64,000 nucleotides of DNA from a virus, in the IMG/VR virus record IMGVR_UViG_3300032579_000531, positions 1 to 64,000 of that record; one strand, written 5' to 3'. How positions within the stretch are numbered: position 1 is the stretch's first letter; each line of letters starts with the position of its first letter. Shown here piece after piece: positions 63,761 to 64,000 of this stretch. The position numbers and the translations under genes are program-made. The notes below the pieces were generated by a model that saw only the letters and a program-made list of their open reading frames with translations, did not search any database and had not been told where the DNA came from.

Positions 63761-64000
63761 TTTTATATACCATTGATATTTTTTGTTGTTTTACCATTGT
63801 GTAAAATGTTGCCCTGTGTTTTATACCCAAATCTATCATAGCATCTTTAATTGATGGATATTCTATATTGTTTATTATAACAGGTTTATATTTTTGTGTA
63901 AAGGGTTTTCCTTTTCGTTTTGCAGATGCTTCTGCATGAGCTTTTTTCCATTCTGCCGATTTTGTGTAATTTTTATTCGATGCTTTTATTTTTTCTATTG
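63750..64000 (-). CDS. C-terminal part of a homing endonuclease (NUMOD/HTH DNA-binding region); 5' end outside window
   Basis: K-rich, KPVIINNIEYPSIKDAMIDLGI; locally very AT-rich. Confidence 0.65.
   Translation of the reverse strand, partial: IEKIKASNKNYTKSAEWKKAHAEASAKRKGKPFTQKYKPVIINNIEYPSIKDAMIDLGIKHRATFYTMVKQQKISMVYKNDL

Noticed and set aside
1-64000. Bacterial chromosome or integrated prophage
   Set aside because: Host-like genes are interleaved with phage genes, share phage promoters and composition; no integrase, att site or housekeeping synteny.

Overview
64 kb segment of an AT-rich, gene-dense large dsDNA phage (jumbo/T4-like myovirus type), standard genetic code, mostly minus-strand. 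Evidence: a tail-fibre/baseplate gene with the NDGTGDxxRxAFxKxN motif, T4-style late promoters (TAAATA), many sigma70-type early promoters, ATP-dependent DNA ligase, homing endonucleases and a cell-wall hydrolase. The host is probably betaproteobacterial (inference from TctC/Bug, phasin-like and permuted tmRNA genes). Host-like genes include erpA/iscA, an Fe/Mn SOD, infA, tctA/B/C, clpP, ugd, csgF/csgG and a CHASE2 adenylate cyclase. The most unusual elements are: (1) a 5.6 kb translationally coupled array with about 17 highly diverged 63-105 aa paralogues sharing a C-terminal F-x-L-[KR]-[WYF] motif; (2) an array of MNERIK..KFAELIV..HFGVEE mini-genes built from three conserved DNA boxes around hypervariable inserts, where the last box is also the RBS/start of the next gene; (3) a circularly permuted (two-piece) tmRNA with tag ANDSVYALAA; (4) a curli-secretion, curlin-repeat, FecR and CHASE2-cyclase locus; (5) late enzymes (ParB-like, GNAT-like, amidoligase, nucleotidase) with N-termini resembling T4 capsid-targeting sequences; (6) a sugar-modification cluster with an amidinotransferase. 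All functional calls come from motif recognition by eye; no searches were run.
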